Shown: piece by piece, positions 1 to 7,957 of the stretch
How positions within the stretch are numbered: position 1 is the stretch's first letter
Layout of the letters: every line of letters starts with the position of its first letter
Assembly: GCA_051745145.1 (NCBI GenBank)
Contig: JBNJDT010000033.1
Span: 1-17,194, forward strand
Length of the DNA stretch: 17,194 nt
Source of the DNA: Elusimicrobiota bacterium
GTDB lineage: Bacteria > CG03 > SLGR01 > JAGXOG01
Direction: 5' to 3'
The notes under the pieces: generated by a model
Seen by the model: the letters and a program-made list of their open reading frames with translations, nothing else
The model's database searches: none
Told to the model about the DNA's origin: nothing
Program-made: the position numbers and the translations under genes

Positions 1-861
1 ATGCTTTATGACAGGGAAAAAGATTTGCTGGAGATAAAGGCATCCAGGGGGTTAAGCGAAAGAGCGATAGAAAATGTAAAACTTAAAATGGGGGAGGGAA
101 TTGGGGGGCGGGTTGCCCAGACCGGTGAACCTATCCTGATAAACGACACTACAAAAAACCATTTTTATAAAGATTTTTTTAAAGAGTCCGAAAAAGGGCG
201 TCCCCGGGAAACTTTACTTTGTCTACCTCTTAAATTTAAGGAGGATATACTTGGAGTAGTAACATTGGATTCTAAATTTTCCGGAAAGCAGTTTATAAGA
301 AACGATAAGAGACTTCTTTCTATACTGGCATCCCAGGCGGCAGTTGCTATAAATAACGCCCGGATGTATAAGATGGCAATTACAGATCCTTTGACAAAAC
401 TATATATGCGCCGTTTCTTTTTAACCCGTTTGGATCAGGAAATAGAGAAAGCAAAACGGTATAGCGGTAAATTTTCCCTATTATTTCTGGATATAGATCA
501 TTTCAAAAAATTTAATGATACCTACGGCCATCAGATGGGAGACAGGGCTCTTATGCATTTAGCTGATATAATGAAATCTACCACCAGAGGGGCGGATATA
601 TGCGGCAGGTACGGCGGCGAAGAATTTGTAATATTACTGCCGGAAACCCCTAAAGAAAGAGCCGTAATTCTTGCTGAAAGATTACGGGAAAAAGTTGATA
701 ATAGTACTTTTAAAGTAGACGGCAGAAAATATAAAATAAGAATATGCATCGGAGTAGCAGGGTATAATAGTTCTGTAAAAACTCCCAAGGATTTAATAAG
801 AGAGGCCGATAAAAAGCTGTATCGGGCTAAAGAAGAAGGAAGAAATAAGGTAGTATCTTAA
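1..861 (+). CDS. GAF-GGDEF diguanylate cyclase, probably 5'-truncated by the window edge
   Basis: GAF-like segment (GEGIGGRVAQTGEP...LCLPL...LGVV...LASQAAVAINNARMY) followed by a GGDEF domain: TDPLT, DIDHFKKFNDTYGHQMGD, active site RYGGEEF, RxxD inhibitory site (RGAD) five residues before GGEEF, and AD..LYRAK..GRN. The ORF starts at base 1 in the middle of the GAF domain, so the true start is probably upstream. Confidence 0.93.
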   Translation: MLYDREKDLLEIKASRGLSERAIENVKLKMGEGIGGRVAQTGEPILINDTTKNHFYKDFFKESEKGRPRETLLCLPLKFKEDILGVVTLDSKFSGKQFIRNDKRLLSILASQAAVAINNARMYKMAITDPLTKLYMRRFFLTRLDQEIEKAKRYSGKFSLLFLDIDHFKKFNDTYGHQMGDRALMHLADIMKSTTRGADICGRYGGEEFVILLPETPKERAVILAERLREKVDNSTFKVDGRKYKIRICIGVAGYNSSVKTPKDLIREADKKLYRAKEEGRNKVVS

Positions 862-897
862 AGGGTAGAATACTACAGTTTAAAATAAAGTACTGGC

Positions 898-926
898 TTG
901 ACTATAAATTAATTTATTAGTATAAA
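898..926 (+). promoter_or_regulatory. Putative sigma70-type promoter for the BMC operon
   Basis: TTGACT (898-903), a 17-nt spacer, then TATAAA (921-926), in the gap ahead of the first operon gene. Each hexamer is one mismatch from consensus. The spacer holds a perfect 14-bp palindrome, ATAAATTAATTTAT (904-917). Confidence 0.7.
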
Positions 927-937
927 TTATAACTAAA

Positions 938-1840
938 GTGAAAATATTAAGAAATGAAGACATTTTGGCCTCAAAGAAAAGAGGTAAGAGAAGGATAAGA
1001 GTACCTGAAAGTACAATGGTAACCCCCCTGGCAAAAGAGACCGCCGGGCGGTTTGGAATAGAGATAATTACGGAGGATATTATGAGAAAACCCTATATTG
1101 CCGGCAACTGGAAAATGAATAAGACAAATAAGGAAGCGGTGCAGATGGTTCAGGAATTTAAAAATTTGGTTAGTGATGTTGAAGAAGTGGATATGATGAT
1201 TGCTCCCCCCTATACGGCATTACCCGTACTTAATGAAGTGTTAAAAGATTCTAATATTATGCTGGGGGCCCAGAATATGCACCAGGAGACCAGCGGGGCG
1301 TATACCGGAGAAATATCCCCGGATATGTTAAAAGATACCGGCTGCGGATGGGTCATACTCGGACATTCCGAAAGAAGAGAATATTTCGGGTGTACCGACG
1401 AGCTGGTAAATAAAAAGTTAAAAGTAGCTATGGATAAAGATTTAAAACCGATAATTTGTCTTGGCGAAAAGCTTGAACAAAGAGAAGCAGGGAAGGCTTT
1501 TGATGTAATAAAAGGCCAGCTGGATATTGCTCTGAAAGATATTACTGCCGAGCACGCATCTAGTTTAACTATCGCCTATGAACCGGTGTGGGCAATAGGG
1601 ACCGGTAAAACTGCTACTCCCGAGCAGGCCAACGAAGTTCATGAATTTATAAGGGAAAATTTGAGCGAAAAATTTGGTCCCGAAATAGGTAGCGGGATAA
1701 GAATTCTTTACGGGGGCAGCGTAAAACCTTATAATGTAAAAGAGTTGATGCAGGAAGAAAATATCGACGGTGGACTGATAGGTGGAGCCAGTCTGGAAGC
1801 GGAATCGTTTTCAAAGATAGTAAAATTTAAAAATCAATGA
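938..1840 (+). CDS. tpiA: Triosephosphate isomerase with a 48-aa N-terminal extension; alternative internal start at 1082
   Basis: TPI motifs AGNWKMN, GAYTGEIS, ILGHSERR, AYEPVWAIGTG, LYGGSVK and GGLIGGASL. The long form starts at GTG 938. The TPI core starts at in-frame ATG 1082, preceded by GGAGG at 1072-1076. Confidence 0.95.
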   Translation: MKILRNEDILASKKRGKRRIRVPESTMVTPLAKETAGRFGIEIITEDIMRKPYIAGNWKMNKTNKEAVQMVQEFKNLVSDVEEVDMMIAPPYTALPVLNEVLKDSNIMLGAQNMHQETSGAYTGEISPDMLKDTGCGWVILGHSERREYFGCTDELVNKKLKVAMDKDLKPIICLGEKLEQREAGKAFDVIKGQLDIALKDITAEHASSLTIAYEPVWAIGTGKTATPEQANEVHEFIRENLSEKFGPEIGSGIRILYGGSVKPYNVKELMQEENIDGGLIGGASLEAESFSKIVKFKNQ

Positions 1841-2457
1841 TAGATGAGAGTAAATTAGAAGGGGAAATTTTACTGAGATTGGAAAGATCTCAAAAGCCGA
1901 TAATATGTAATGTCTCCAACAGGCATATACATATGACCCAGAAGCACGTGGAAAAACTTTTTGGTCACGGTTATAAGCTTACAAAATTAAGAGATCTTAT
2001 GCAGCCGGGAGAATTTGCGGCCAAGGAAACGGTAACTCTTGCCGGACCAAAAGGAAAGTTAGAAAGGATAAGAGTACTGGGTCCGGTTCGCGATTCCACC
2101 CAGATAGAGGTATCCCGGACGGATTGTTACACGTTGGGTATAGATGCTCCGGTTAGAAATTCGGGTAATGTAGCCGGAACTCCCGGAGGACGTTTGATCG
2201 GTACTAAGGGGTCAGTTCGTTTATCTAAGGGCATAATTGTGGCCCAGCGTCACATTCATATGACTCCGGCAGATGCCGGCGTATTTAAAGTAAAAGACGG
2301 TCAAAAAGTTCGTGTCCGTACCCGTCCGCCAAGATCAATTGTCTTAGAGGATATGCTGGTGAGAGTGAGTGAAAATTATTGTCTGGAATGCCACATAGAT
2401 ACCGATGAAGCAAACGCTTGCGATTTGAAAAGCGGAGATGAAGTTTTTTTAAGTTAA
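1837..2457 (+). CDS. pduL: PduL-type phosphotransacylase (BMC-associated)
   Basis: VSNRHIHM, L.QPGEFAA.E.V, VRVLGP-like IRVLGPVR..TQIEVS.TD, AQRHIHM and HIDTDEANA motifs. ATGA overlap with the tpi stop. The short amphipathic N-terminus resembles an encapsulation peptide. Confidence 0.93.
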   Translation: MIDESKLEGEILLRLERSQKPIICNVSNRHIHMTQKHVEKLFGHGYKLTKLRDLMQPGEFAAKETVTLAGPKGKLERIRVLGPVRDSTQIEVSRTDCYTLGIDAPVRNSGNVAGTPGGRLIGTKGSVRLSKGIIVAQRHIHMTPADAGVFKVKDGQKVRVRTRPPRSIVLEDMLVRVSENYCLECHIDTDEANACDLKSGDEVFLS

Positions 2458-2485
2458 ATTTTAAGTTATAAACAGGAGTTAAAAT

Positions 2486-2779
2486 ATGGATAAAGCTTTA
2501 GGAATGATAGAGACCAAAGGATTAGTGGGTATGATAGAAGCCGGCGATGCTATGGTCAAAGCCGCTGATGTTCGCCTGGTAGGGTATGAAAAGATAGGAT
2601 ATGGTTATGTCACGGTATTAGTCAGAGGGGAAGTGGCAGCCTGCCGGGCCGCCTGCGAGGCAGGGAGTATGGCCGCTCAGAAAGTCGGGGAGCTGGTTTC
2701 TGTCCATGTAATACCGCGGCCCCATGAAGATTTAGAGGGTAAATTGCCTATTACCCGCGAATTTTTTAATAATGAATAA
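2486..2779 (+). CDS. BMC-H hexameric shell protein (EutM/PduA-like)
   Basis: ALGMIETKG...[12 protein letters not shown]...[16 protein letters not shown]...[14 protein letters not shown] ribosome-binding site upstream. Confidence 0.95.
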   Translation: MDKALGMIETKGLVGMIEAGDAMVKAADVRLVGYEKIGYGYVTVLVRGEVAACRAACEAGSMAAQKVGELVSVHVIPRPHEDLEGKLPITREFFNNE

Positions 2780-3080
2780 AATGGAAAGAGAAGCACTGGG
2801 TATGGTGGAGACCCGGGGGCTTGTAGGCAGTATAGAAGCCGGTGATGTTATGGTAAAGACCGCTAGAGTGGAGCTGGTTAAATATGAAAAAACGGGAAAC
2901 GGGATTGTGACTGTATTGATACGGGGGCCGGTGGCAGATTGCCGGGCTGCAGTGGATGCGGCTTCAGCGGCAGTTGAAAAAATAGGAGAATTATTAAGTG
3001 CCCATGTAATACCATTTCCCTATGAAGATCTTGAAGACAGTTTACCGATAAATATAGAAAATATAAAAAAAAGAGGATAA
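2772..3080 (+). CDS. BMC-H hexameric shell protein, divergent paralog
   Basis: ALGMVETRG...[11 protein letters not shown]...[11 protein letters not shown]...HVIPFP. The start could be ATG 2772 or ATG 2781; both abut the upstream stop codon. Confidence 0.93.
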   Translation: MNKMEREALGMVETRGLVGSIEAGDVMVKTARVELVKYEKTGNGIVTVLIRGPVADCRAAVDAASAAVEKIGELLSAHVIPFPYEDLEDSLPINIENIKKRG

Positions 3081-3083
3081 AAA

Positions 3084-3380
3084 ATGCAGTTTGGAAAAAT
3101 TACAGGTAATGTAGTTTGCACTACAAAAGACAGTAAAATAAAAGGCAGAAAATTAATGCTGGTTCAGCCGGTTGACGATAATCTTGACCCGGCCGGTACT
3201 CCCCTGGTGGGTCTGGATTCGGTGGGAGCAGGAGAAGGTGAGCTGGTGCTGTATGTAACGGGCTCATCATCCAGAATGACCGATATCACCGAAGACCGTC
3301 CGGTGGACTGTACTATAATGGCTATTGTAGATTATGTGGAAAAAGAGGGCCAGCTTATATTTGAAAAGCACAAGGAATAG
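3084..3380 (+). CDS. BMC-P pentameric vertex protein (EutN/CcmL family) no. 1
   Basis: G.ITGNVVCTTK...G.KLMLVQP...DSVGAGEGELVL.VTGSSSR...PVDCTIMAIVD. Confidence 0.94.
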   Translation: MQFGKITGNVVCTTKDSKIKGRKLMLVQPVDDNLDPAGTPLVGLDSVGAGEGELVLYVTGSSSRMTDITEDRPVDCTIMAIVDYVEKEGQLIFEKHKE

Positions 3381-3427
3381 AATCTAACCAAAATATCAAA
3401 CAAATTTAAGATATCGGAGGATATAAA

Positions 3428-4855
3428 ATGGATATTGATAAGCAACAAGTATCAAAAATTGTAAGAGAAGTGGTCAGTAAAATTGAGCAGGGTGACAGCC
3501 CGGCAGTATCTTCAATTTCCAGCGCCGGCTCTTCATATCTTTTTGATACTATGGAAAGGGCCATAAGTAAGGCAAAAGAAGCCCAGGCCCGGTTTGCGGA
3601 TATGGGACTGAAACTCAGAAGAAAAGTTATCTCTGAAATGCGCAAAGCTGCAAGAGAAAATGCCGAGTCCCTGGCCCGGTCCGCCCGTGATGAAACGGGA
3701 ATGGGACGGTATCCGGATAAGATAAAGAAAAATATGCTGGGTGCGGATAAAACTCCGGGGGTGGAAGACCTAAGCCCGGTTACCTATACCGGCGATGACG
3801 GAATGACTTTGGTAGAGAAAGCTCCTTTTGGGGTCATAGGGGCGGTAACTCCTTCAACTAATCCCACATCCACGGTAATAAATAATTCTATAAGTATTCT
3901 GGCGGCGGGGAACGCTGTGGTATTTGCCCCCCATCCGGCAGCTAAAAAATGTTCCCAGGAAGCAATTAATATTTTAAACGAAGCGGTTGTAAAAGCCGGT
4001 GGACCCGGGGGACTGATAACAGCTATGTCCGAACCTACCTTGGAAGGGGCCCAGGTACTGTTTTCTCATCCGGATATAAGAGTTTTACTGGTTACCGGAG
4101 GCCCTGCTGTTGTGGCCAAGGCCATGGAAAGTAATAAAAAAGTTATAGCGGCCGGGCCGGGAAATCCCCCGGCGGTTATTGACAGCACTGCGGATATTGA
4201 CCGGGCGGTGGATTCAATTATTAAGGGGGGAAGCTTTGACAACGGGATTCTGTGCACCGCGGAAAAAGAAGTTCTGGCAACCGACCGGGCGGCGGGGGCG
4301 GTTATTGACAGATTCAGGAGTGATTCCAGAATTTACGAATTAGATTCTCAGCAGATGGACCGCCTGGCGGATATTGTTATAGAAGAATCCGGCAAAGGAG
4401 GTTGCGAGGGGGCCATGAACCGGGAGTATGTGGGAAAAAATGCTTCCTATATAGCCCAGGCTATAGGACTTGATATCCCCCGGGATACAAGGTTTTTGTG
4501 GGGAGAAGTGGATAAAAACCATGATTTAATGTGGACCGAACAGCTTATGCCCGTTATGCCGGTGGCCAGAACGGGCAATATCCAGCAGACTATAGATCTG
4601 GCCGTAGAAATGGAGGGGGGAAACGGACATACGGCTATAATGCATTCTCTTAACGTGGAAAATCTGACTAAAATGGCCCGCAAAGCGGCCTGTTCCATAT
4701 TTGTTAAAAACGGACCTTCTTATATGGGGCTGGGCATGGGCCAGGGATATGCAACTATGTCCATTGCCACTCCCACAGGAGACGGTCTGGTCAAGGCCTC
4801 TCACTTTACCCGGCCGTTAAGATGTGTGTTAGTGGATAATTTCAGGATAGCATAA
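3428..4855 (+). CDS. CoA-acylating aldehyde dehydrogenase (EutE/PduP family) with N-terminal encapsulation peptide
   Basis: PFGVIGAVTPSTNP, PHP.A, VTGGP.VV, AGPGNPP, catalytic Cys in FDNGILCTAEK, EQLMP, HTAIMHS, IFVKNGPS and IATPTGDG. The N-terminal helix DKQQVSKIVREVVSKIE is followed by a Ser-rich linker. GGAGG ribosome-binding site upstream. Confidence 0.95.
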   Translation: MDIDKQQVSKIVREVVSKIEQGDSPAVSSISSAGSSYLFDTMERAISKAKEAQARFADMGLKLRRKVISEMRKAARENAESLARSARDETGMGRYPDKIKKNMLGADKTPGVEDLSPVTYTGDDGMTLVEKAPFGVIGAVTPSTNPTSTVINNSISILAAGNAVVFAPHPAAKKCSQEAINILNEAVVKAGGPGGLITAMSEPTLEGAQVLFSHPDIRVLLVTGGPAVVAKAMESNKKVIAAGPGNPPAVIDSTADIDRAVDSIIKGGSFDNGILCTAEKEVLATDRAAGAVIDRFRSDSRIYELDSQQMDRLADIVIEESGKGGCEGAMNREYVGKNASYIAQAIGLDIPRDTRFLWGEVDKNHDLMWTEQLMPVMPVARTGNIQQTIDLAVEMEGGNGHTAIMHSLNVENLTKMARKAACSIFVKNGPSYMGLGMGQGYATMSIATPTGDGLVKASHFTRPLRCVLVDNFRIA

Positions 4856-6181
4856 ATGAAAAAAGAAGAAATTTTACGAAAAGTTAAATCGGCCGGGGTA
4901 GTTGGCGCCGGAGGAGCGGGTTTCCCGTCTTATGCTAAAATTTCGGCAGATGCCGATGTTGTAATAGCTAACGGTGCGGAATGCGAACCGCTTCTGGCTA
5001 CGGATAAATTTTTAATGGAAAAGCACGCCCGGGAAATTGTGGAGGGACTAAGGTTAATAAAGCAGACCACCGGAGCTAATGAGCTGTATATAGCATTAAA
5101 AGCAAAGTATAAAAAAGCGGTTGCCAGTTTTAATAAAATACTGGGAACCAGTTCGGATATAGAGTTGTATAAACTTGATAATTACTATCCGGCCGGAGAT
5201 GAATTTGAACTGGTATACGATATAACCGGTAAATCAATTCCCGAAAGCGGACTGCCCCTGGATGTGGGGGCGGTAGTTACTAATGTAAATACCATTTTAA
5301 ACGTAAAAAGAGCGTTTACCGATGATAAACCGGTGACCACCAGGTGGGTAACGGTAGCCGGCGCCCTGGAAACTCCATATATGGCTGAAGTTCCGGTGGG
5401 GATAACTGCCGGGGAACTGATCCGGGCCGGAAAGCCAAAGGTCGAGGATTATGTTATAGTAGGCGGCGGTCCGATGACCGGGAGCATAGTTGACGAAGAC
5501 TATCTTATAGATAAAAGAGACGGGGGAATACTGGTATTACCCGAAGATAATCCGGCAGCTGTTAAGAAGAGCCGTACTATCCAATCTAATGAAAAGAGGG
5601 GCAAGTCCATGTGCGATCAGTGCTTTGACTGCTCTATTGTCTGTCCTAGAAACTTACTGGGGCACGATCTTTCCCCTCATAAAATGATGAGAAATTTATT
5701 TATAGCTCCGGAAAATTCTTCCGTGCATCTTACTAATGCATATCTATGCTGTGAATGCGGGTTATGTGATATGTTTGCCTGTCCTCTGGATCTTTCCCCC
5801 CGGGAAATGTTAGTGCAGGCCCGGGATACACTTCAAAAAGAAGGGGTGGAAAACCCCCATAACAACAAAAACCTTGAAGTACATCCGGAGAGAGATTTTA
5901 GAAGGGTAAATACCGATCGTTTAGTTAAAAGAATAGGATTGGATAAGTATGAAGGGCAGAAACTGGCAGTAAAAACTGTAAAAACAGATAAGGTTAAAAT
6001 ATCTCTTGCCCAGCATATAGGTGCTCCATCTGAGCCGGTCATCAGCAAGGGAGATAAAGTAAGCAGCGGGGATATAATAGCCAAAATACCGGAAGATACT
6101 CTGGGAGCTACGGTTCATGCCAGTATAGACGGAAAGATAACTAATATTACCGATAACAGTATTAATATAGCGGGAGGATGA
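4856..6181 (+). CDS. pduS: PduS-like (RnfC-related) NADH/FMN Fe-S oxidoreductase
   Basis: AGVVGAGGAGFP, NGAECEPLL..D, YPAGDE and GGPMTG motifs; two ferredoxin motifs (CDQCFDCSIVCP, CCECGLCDMFACP); C-terminal QHIGAP...VHASIDG. It starts immediately after the aldehyde dehydrogenase stop and is followed by a PduT-like gene. Confidence 0.92.
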   Translation: MKKEEILRKVKSAGVVGAGGAGFPSYAKISADADVVIANGAECEPLLATDKFLMEKHAREIVEGLRLIKQTTGANELYIALKAKYKKAVASFNKILGTSSDIELYKLDNYYPAGDEFELVYDITGKSIPESGLPLDVGAVVTNVNTILNVKRAFTDDKPVTTRWVTVAGALETPYMAEVPVGITAGELIRAGKPKVEDYVIVGGGPMTGSIVDEDYLIDKRDGGILVLPEDNPAAVKKSRTIQSNEKRGKSMCDQCFDCSIVCPRNLLGHDLSPHKMMRNLFIAPENSSVHLTNAYLCCECGLCDMFACPLDLSPREMLVQARDTLQKEGVENPHNNKNLEVHPERDFRRVNTDRLVKRIGLDKYEGQKLAVKTVKTDKVKISLAQHIGAPSEPVISKGDKVSSGDIIAKIPEDTLGATVHASIDGKITNITDNSINIAGG

Positions 6182-6191
6182 GAGAAAAAAT

Positions 6192-6740
6192 ATGAAAAAT
6201 GCCATAGGTTTAATTGAACTTTGCAGTATAGCAAAAGGATTTGAGGTAACAGACAGTTTATTAAAGACGGCGGGCAGCGAACTGGTCGAATCTCATTCGG
6301 TCTGTCCGGGAAAATTCATTGTTCTTATAACCGGCCGGACAGCGGATGTGGAAAGCTCACTGGATGCCGGGCTGGAGCTGGCCGAAGATGCTTTTGTGGA
6401 TAAACTTATGATTCCCAATATACACAGCCAGCTTGTTCCCGCTATACGGGGGATGAGTGATGTAACCGAGCTGGAATCCCTGGGAATAATAGAGACCTTT
6501 TCGGCGGCCTCCTCTATAATAGCGGCCGATGCCGCTGCCAAAAAGGCCAACATAGATTTAATAGATGTCCGTCTGGCCAATGCCCTGGGGGGAAAGGCTT
6601 ATGTTACACTAACCGGGGAAGTGGGAGCGGTCCGCTCCTCTGTAAATGCGGGTTGTATGTCTATTAAAGAGGAAGGAATTTTAGTCCGGCGGGTAGTAAT
6701 TCCAAGACCCCACAAAGATATGGCCCGGAGCGTTTTATAA
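6192..6740 (+). CDS. pduT: BMC-T tandem-domain shell protein, PduT-like
   Basis: Two BMC domains (AIGLIEL.SIAKG...D..LK; SLGIIETFS...AADAAAK...GGKAY...GEVGAV...VIPRPH). The pore Cys motif VCPGK, which ligates the 4Fe-4S cluster in PduT, is present. Confidence 0.92.
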   Translation: MKNAIGLIELCSIAKGFEVTDSLLKTAGSELVESHSVCPGKFIVLITGRTADVESSLDAGLELAEDAFVDKLMIPNIHSQLVPAIRGMSDVTELESLGIIETFSAASSIIAADAAAKKANIDLIDVRLANALGGKAYVTLTGEVGAVRSSVNAGCMSIKEEGILVRRVVIPRPHKDMARSVL

Positions 6741-6766
6741 TATGTCTACAAAGGAGATAAATTAGT

Positions 6767-7219
6767 ATGAATGAAATAGTGGTCGGATCGGATCACGGCG
6801 GCTTTGCCCTTAAAGAGGATTTAAAAGATTATCTTCAGGATAACGGGTACAATGTTGTGGATTTTGGCACTTATTCGGAAGAGTCGTGTGACTATCCCGA
6901 TTACGCCCAGCTTGTTGCACAGTCGATATCCAGGGGGGAGTACGAGAGGGGGATTCTGGTTGACGGTACGGGGGGAGGAGTTTGCCTTACGGCCAATAAG
7001 GTCAAAGGAGTGAGGGCGGTAACGGCCTATAACAGGTTGACCGGGGGATATGCCGCAGAGCACGATGACTGTAATGTTTTATGTCTTGGCGGTAAAATGC
7101 TGGGGCCTCTTTTAGCCAGAGATATAGTGGATGAATGGTTAAAAACACCTTTTGGCGGGGGAAGGCACGCCCGGAGGCTGAATAAAATCAAAGATATAGA
7201 GGATAAGTACTACAAATGA
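6767..7219 (+). CDS. RpiB/LacAB-family sugar-phosphate isomerase, Asp-type (no catalytic Cys)
   Basis: GSDHGGF.LK, DYPDYA, ANKVKGVRA and F.GGRH.RR motifs. The active-site loop reads VDGTGGG rather than CGTGIG, and HDD replaces HNN/HND. Confidence 0.9.
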   Translation: MNEIVVGSDHGGFALKEDLKDYLQDNGYNVVDFGTYSEESCDYPDYAQLVAQSISRGEYERGILVDGTGGGVCLTANKVKGVRAVTAYNRLTGGYAAEHDDCNVLCLGGKMLGPLLARDIVDEWLKTPFGGGRHARRLNKIKDIEDKYYK

Positions 7220-7665
7220 GGATAATAATAGGCTCCGATCACCGGGGTTTTAAGTTAAAGAAAGAATTAAGCGAATATCTTTCGGCAAAAGATTATGATA
7301 TCACCGATGTCGGACCACCGGATGAAGAATCGGTGGATTATCCGGAATACGCCCGGGAAGTGGGCCGGAAGGTTACCCGGGGCGCGGGGGATTTTGGTAT
7401 AGCCATATGCGGCAGCGGGGTAGGAATATGTATAGCGGTAAATAAAGTTCGGGGGATCAGGGCGGGTACGGCCAGGGAAGTTAGTGATGCAAAGATGATG
7501 AGAAAGCATAACAATGCCAATGTTCTGTGTATAGGGGCCGATGAAACAGATACCGGAACCGCTAAAGAGATGGTGGATGAATTTTTAACTACGGATTTTG
7601 ACGGGGGAAGACATAAAAGAAGAGTGAATTTAATAAAAAGGATGGAACAGGATGAAAGCCGCTAA
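7216..7665 (+). CDS. rpiB: Ribose-5-phosphate isomerase B-like, canonical Cys-type
   Basis: GSDH.GF.LK, DYPEYA, ICGSGVG, NKVRGIRA, HNNANVLC and FDGGRH.RR motifs. ATGA overlap with the preceding paralog. Confidence 0.9.
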   Translation: MRIIIGSDHRGFKLKKELSEYLSAKDYDITDVGPPDEESVDYPEYAREVGRKVTRGAGDFGIAICGSGVGICIAVNKVRGIRAGTAREVSDAKMMRKHNNANVLCIGADETDTGTAKEMVDEFLTTDFDGGRHKRRVNLIKRMEQDESR

Positions 7666-7957
7666 AGTAATAGGCCGGGTAGTGGCCACCCGAAAATATA
7701 AAACTATGAAAGGTAAAAAAATTCTCATGTTAAAACCCATGAGCTGGGAGGAAGTTGAGGAAGCTTACAAAAACAACCGGGAAGACGAAGTTAAAGATAA
7801 AGGGAAATCCATCCTGGCTCTTGATGCCGTGGGGGCGGGGGCTTCTGAGTATGTATTTTACGTTTCCTCCAGAGAAGCCTGCCACGCATTTGATGATTAT
7901 GCCATATGTAACCATGCGGTAGTGGGTATAATTGACGGGCTAGATATAAACCAATGA
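7652..7957 (+). CDS. BMC-P pentameric vertex protein no. 2, with a charged insertion
   Basis: AKVIGRVVATRK...GKKIL...ALDAVGAG..E.VFYVSSREA...AVVGIID. Overlaps both neighbouring genes. Confidence 0.9.
   Translation: MKAAKVIGRVVATRKYKTMKGKKILMLKPMSWEEVEEAYKNNREDEVKDKGKSILALDAVGAGASEYVFYVSSREACHAFDDYAICNHAVVGIIDGLDINQ

Noticed and set aside
4856..6181. RnfC subunit of an Rnf complex
   Set aside because: No rnfABDEG genes are present, and the domain order plus the adjacent PduT-like gene fit PduS.
6395..6403. Perfect DnaA box (TGTGGATAA)
   Set aside because: Isolated and inside the pduT-like coding sequence (F-V-D-K codons); explained by coding.
1837..6740. Propanediol, ethanolamine or choline utilisation BMC
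   Set aside because: PduL, PduS, PduT and EutE-like genes are shared core parts. No diol dehydratase, ethanolamine ammonia-lyase or glycyl-radical enzyme is present; the signature enzymes are DeoC and RpiB.
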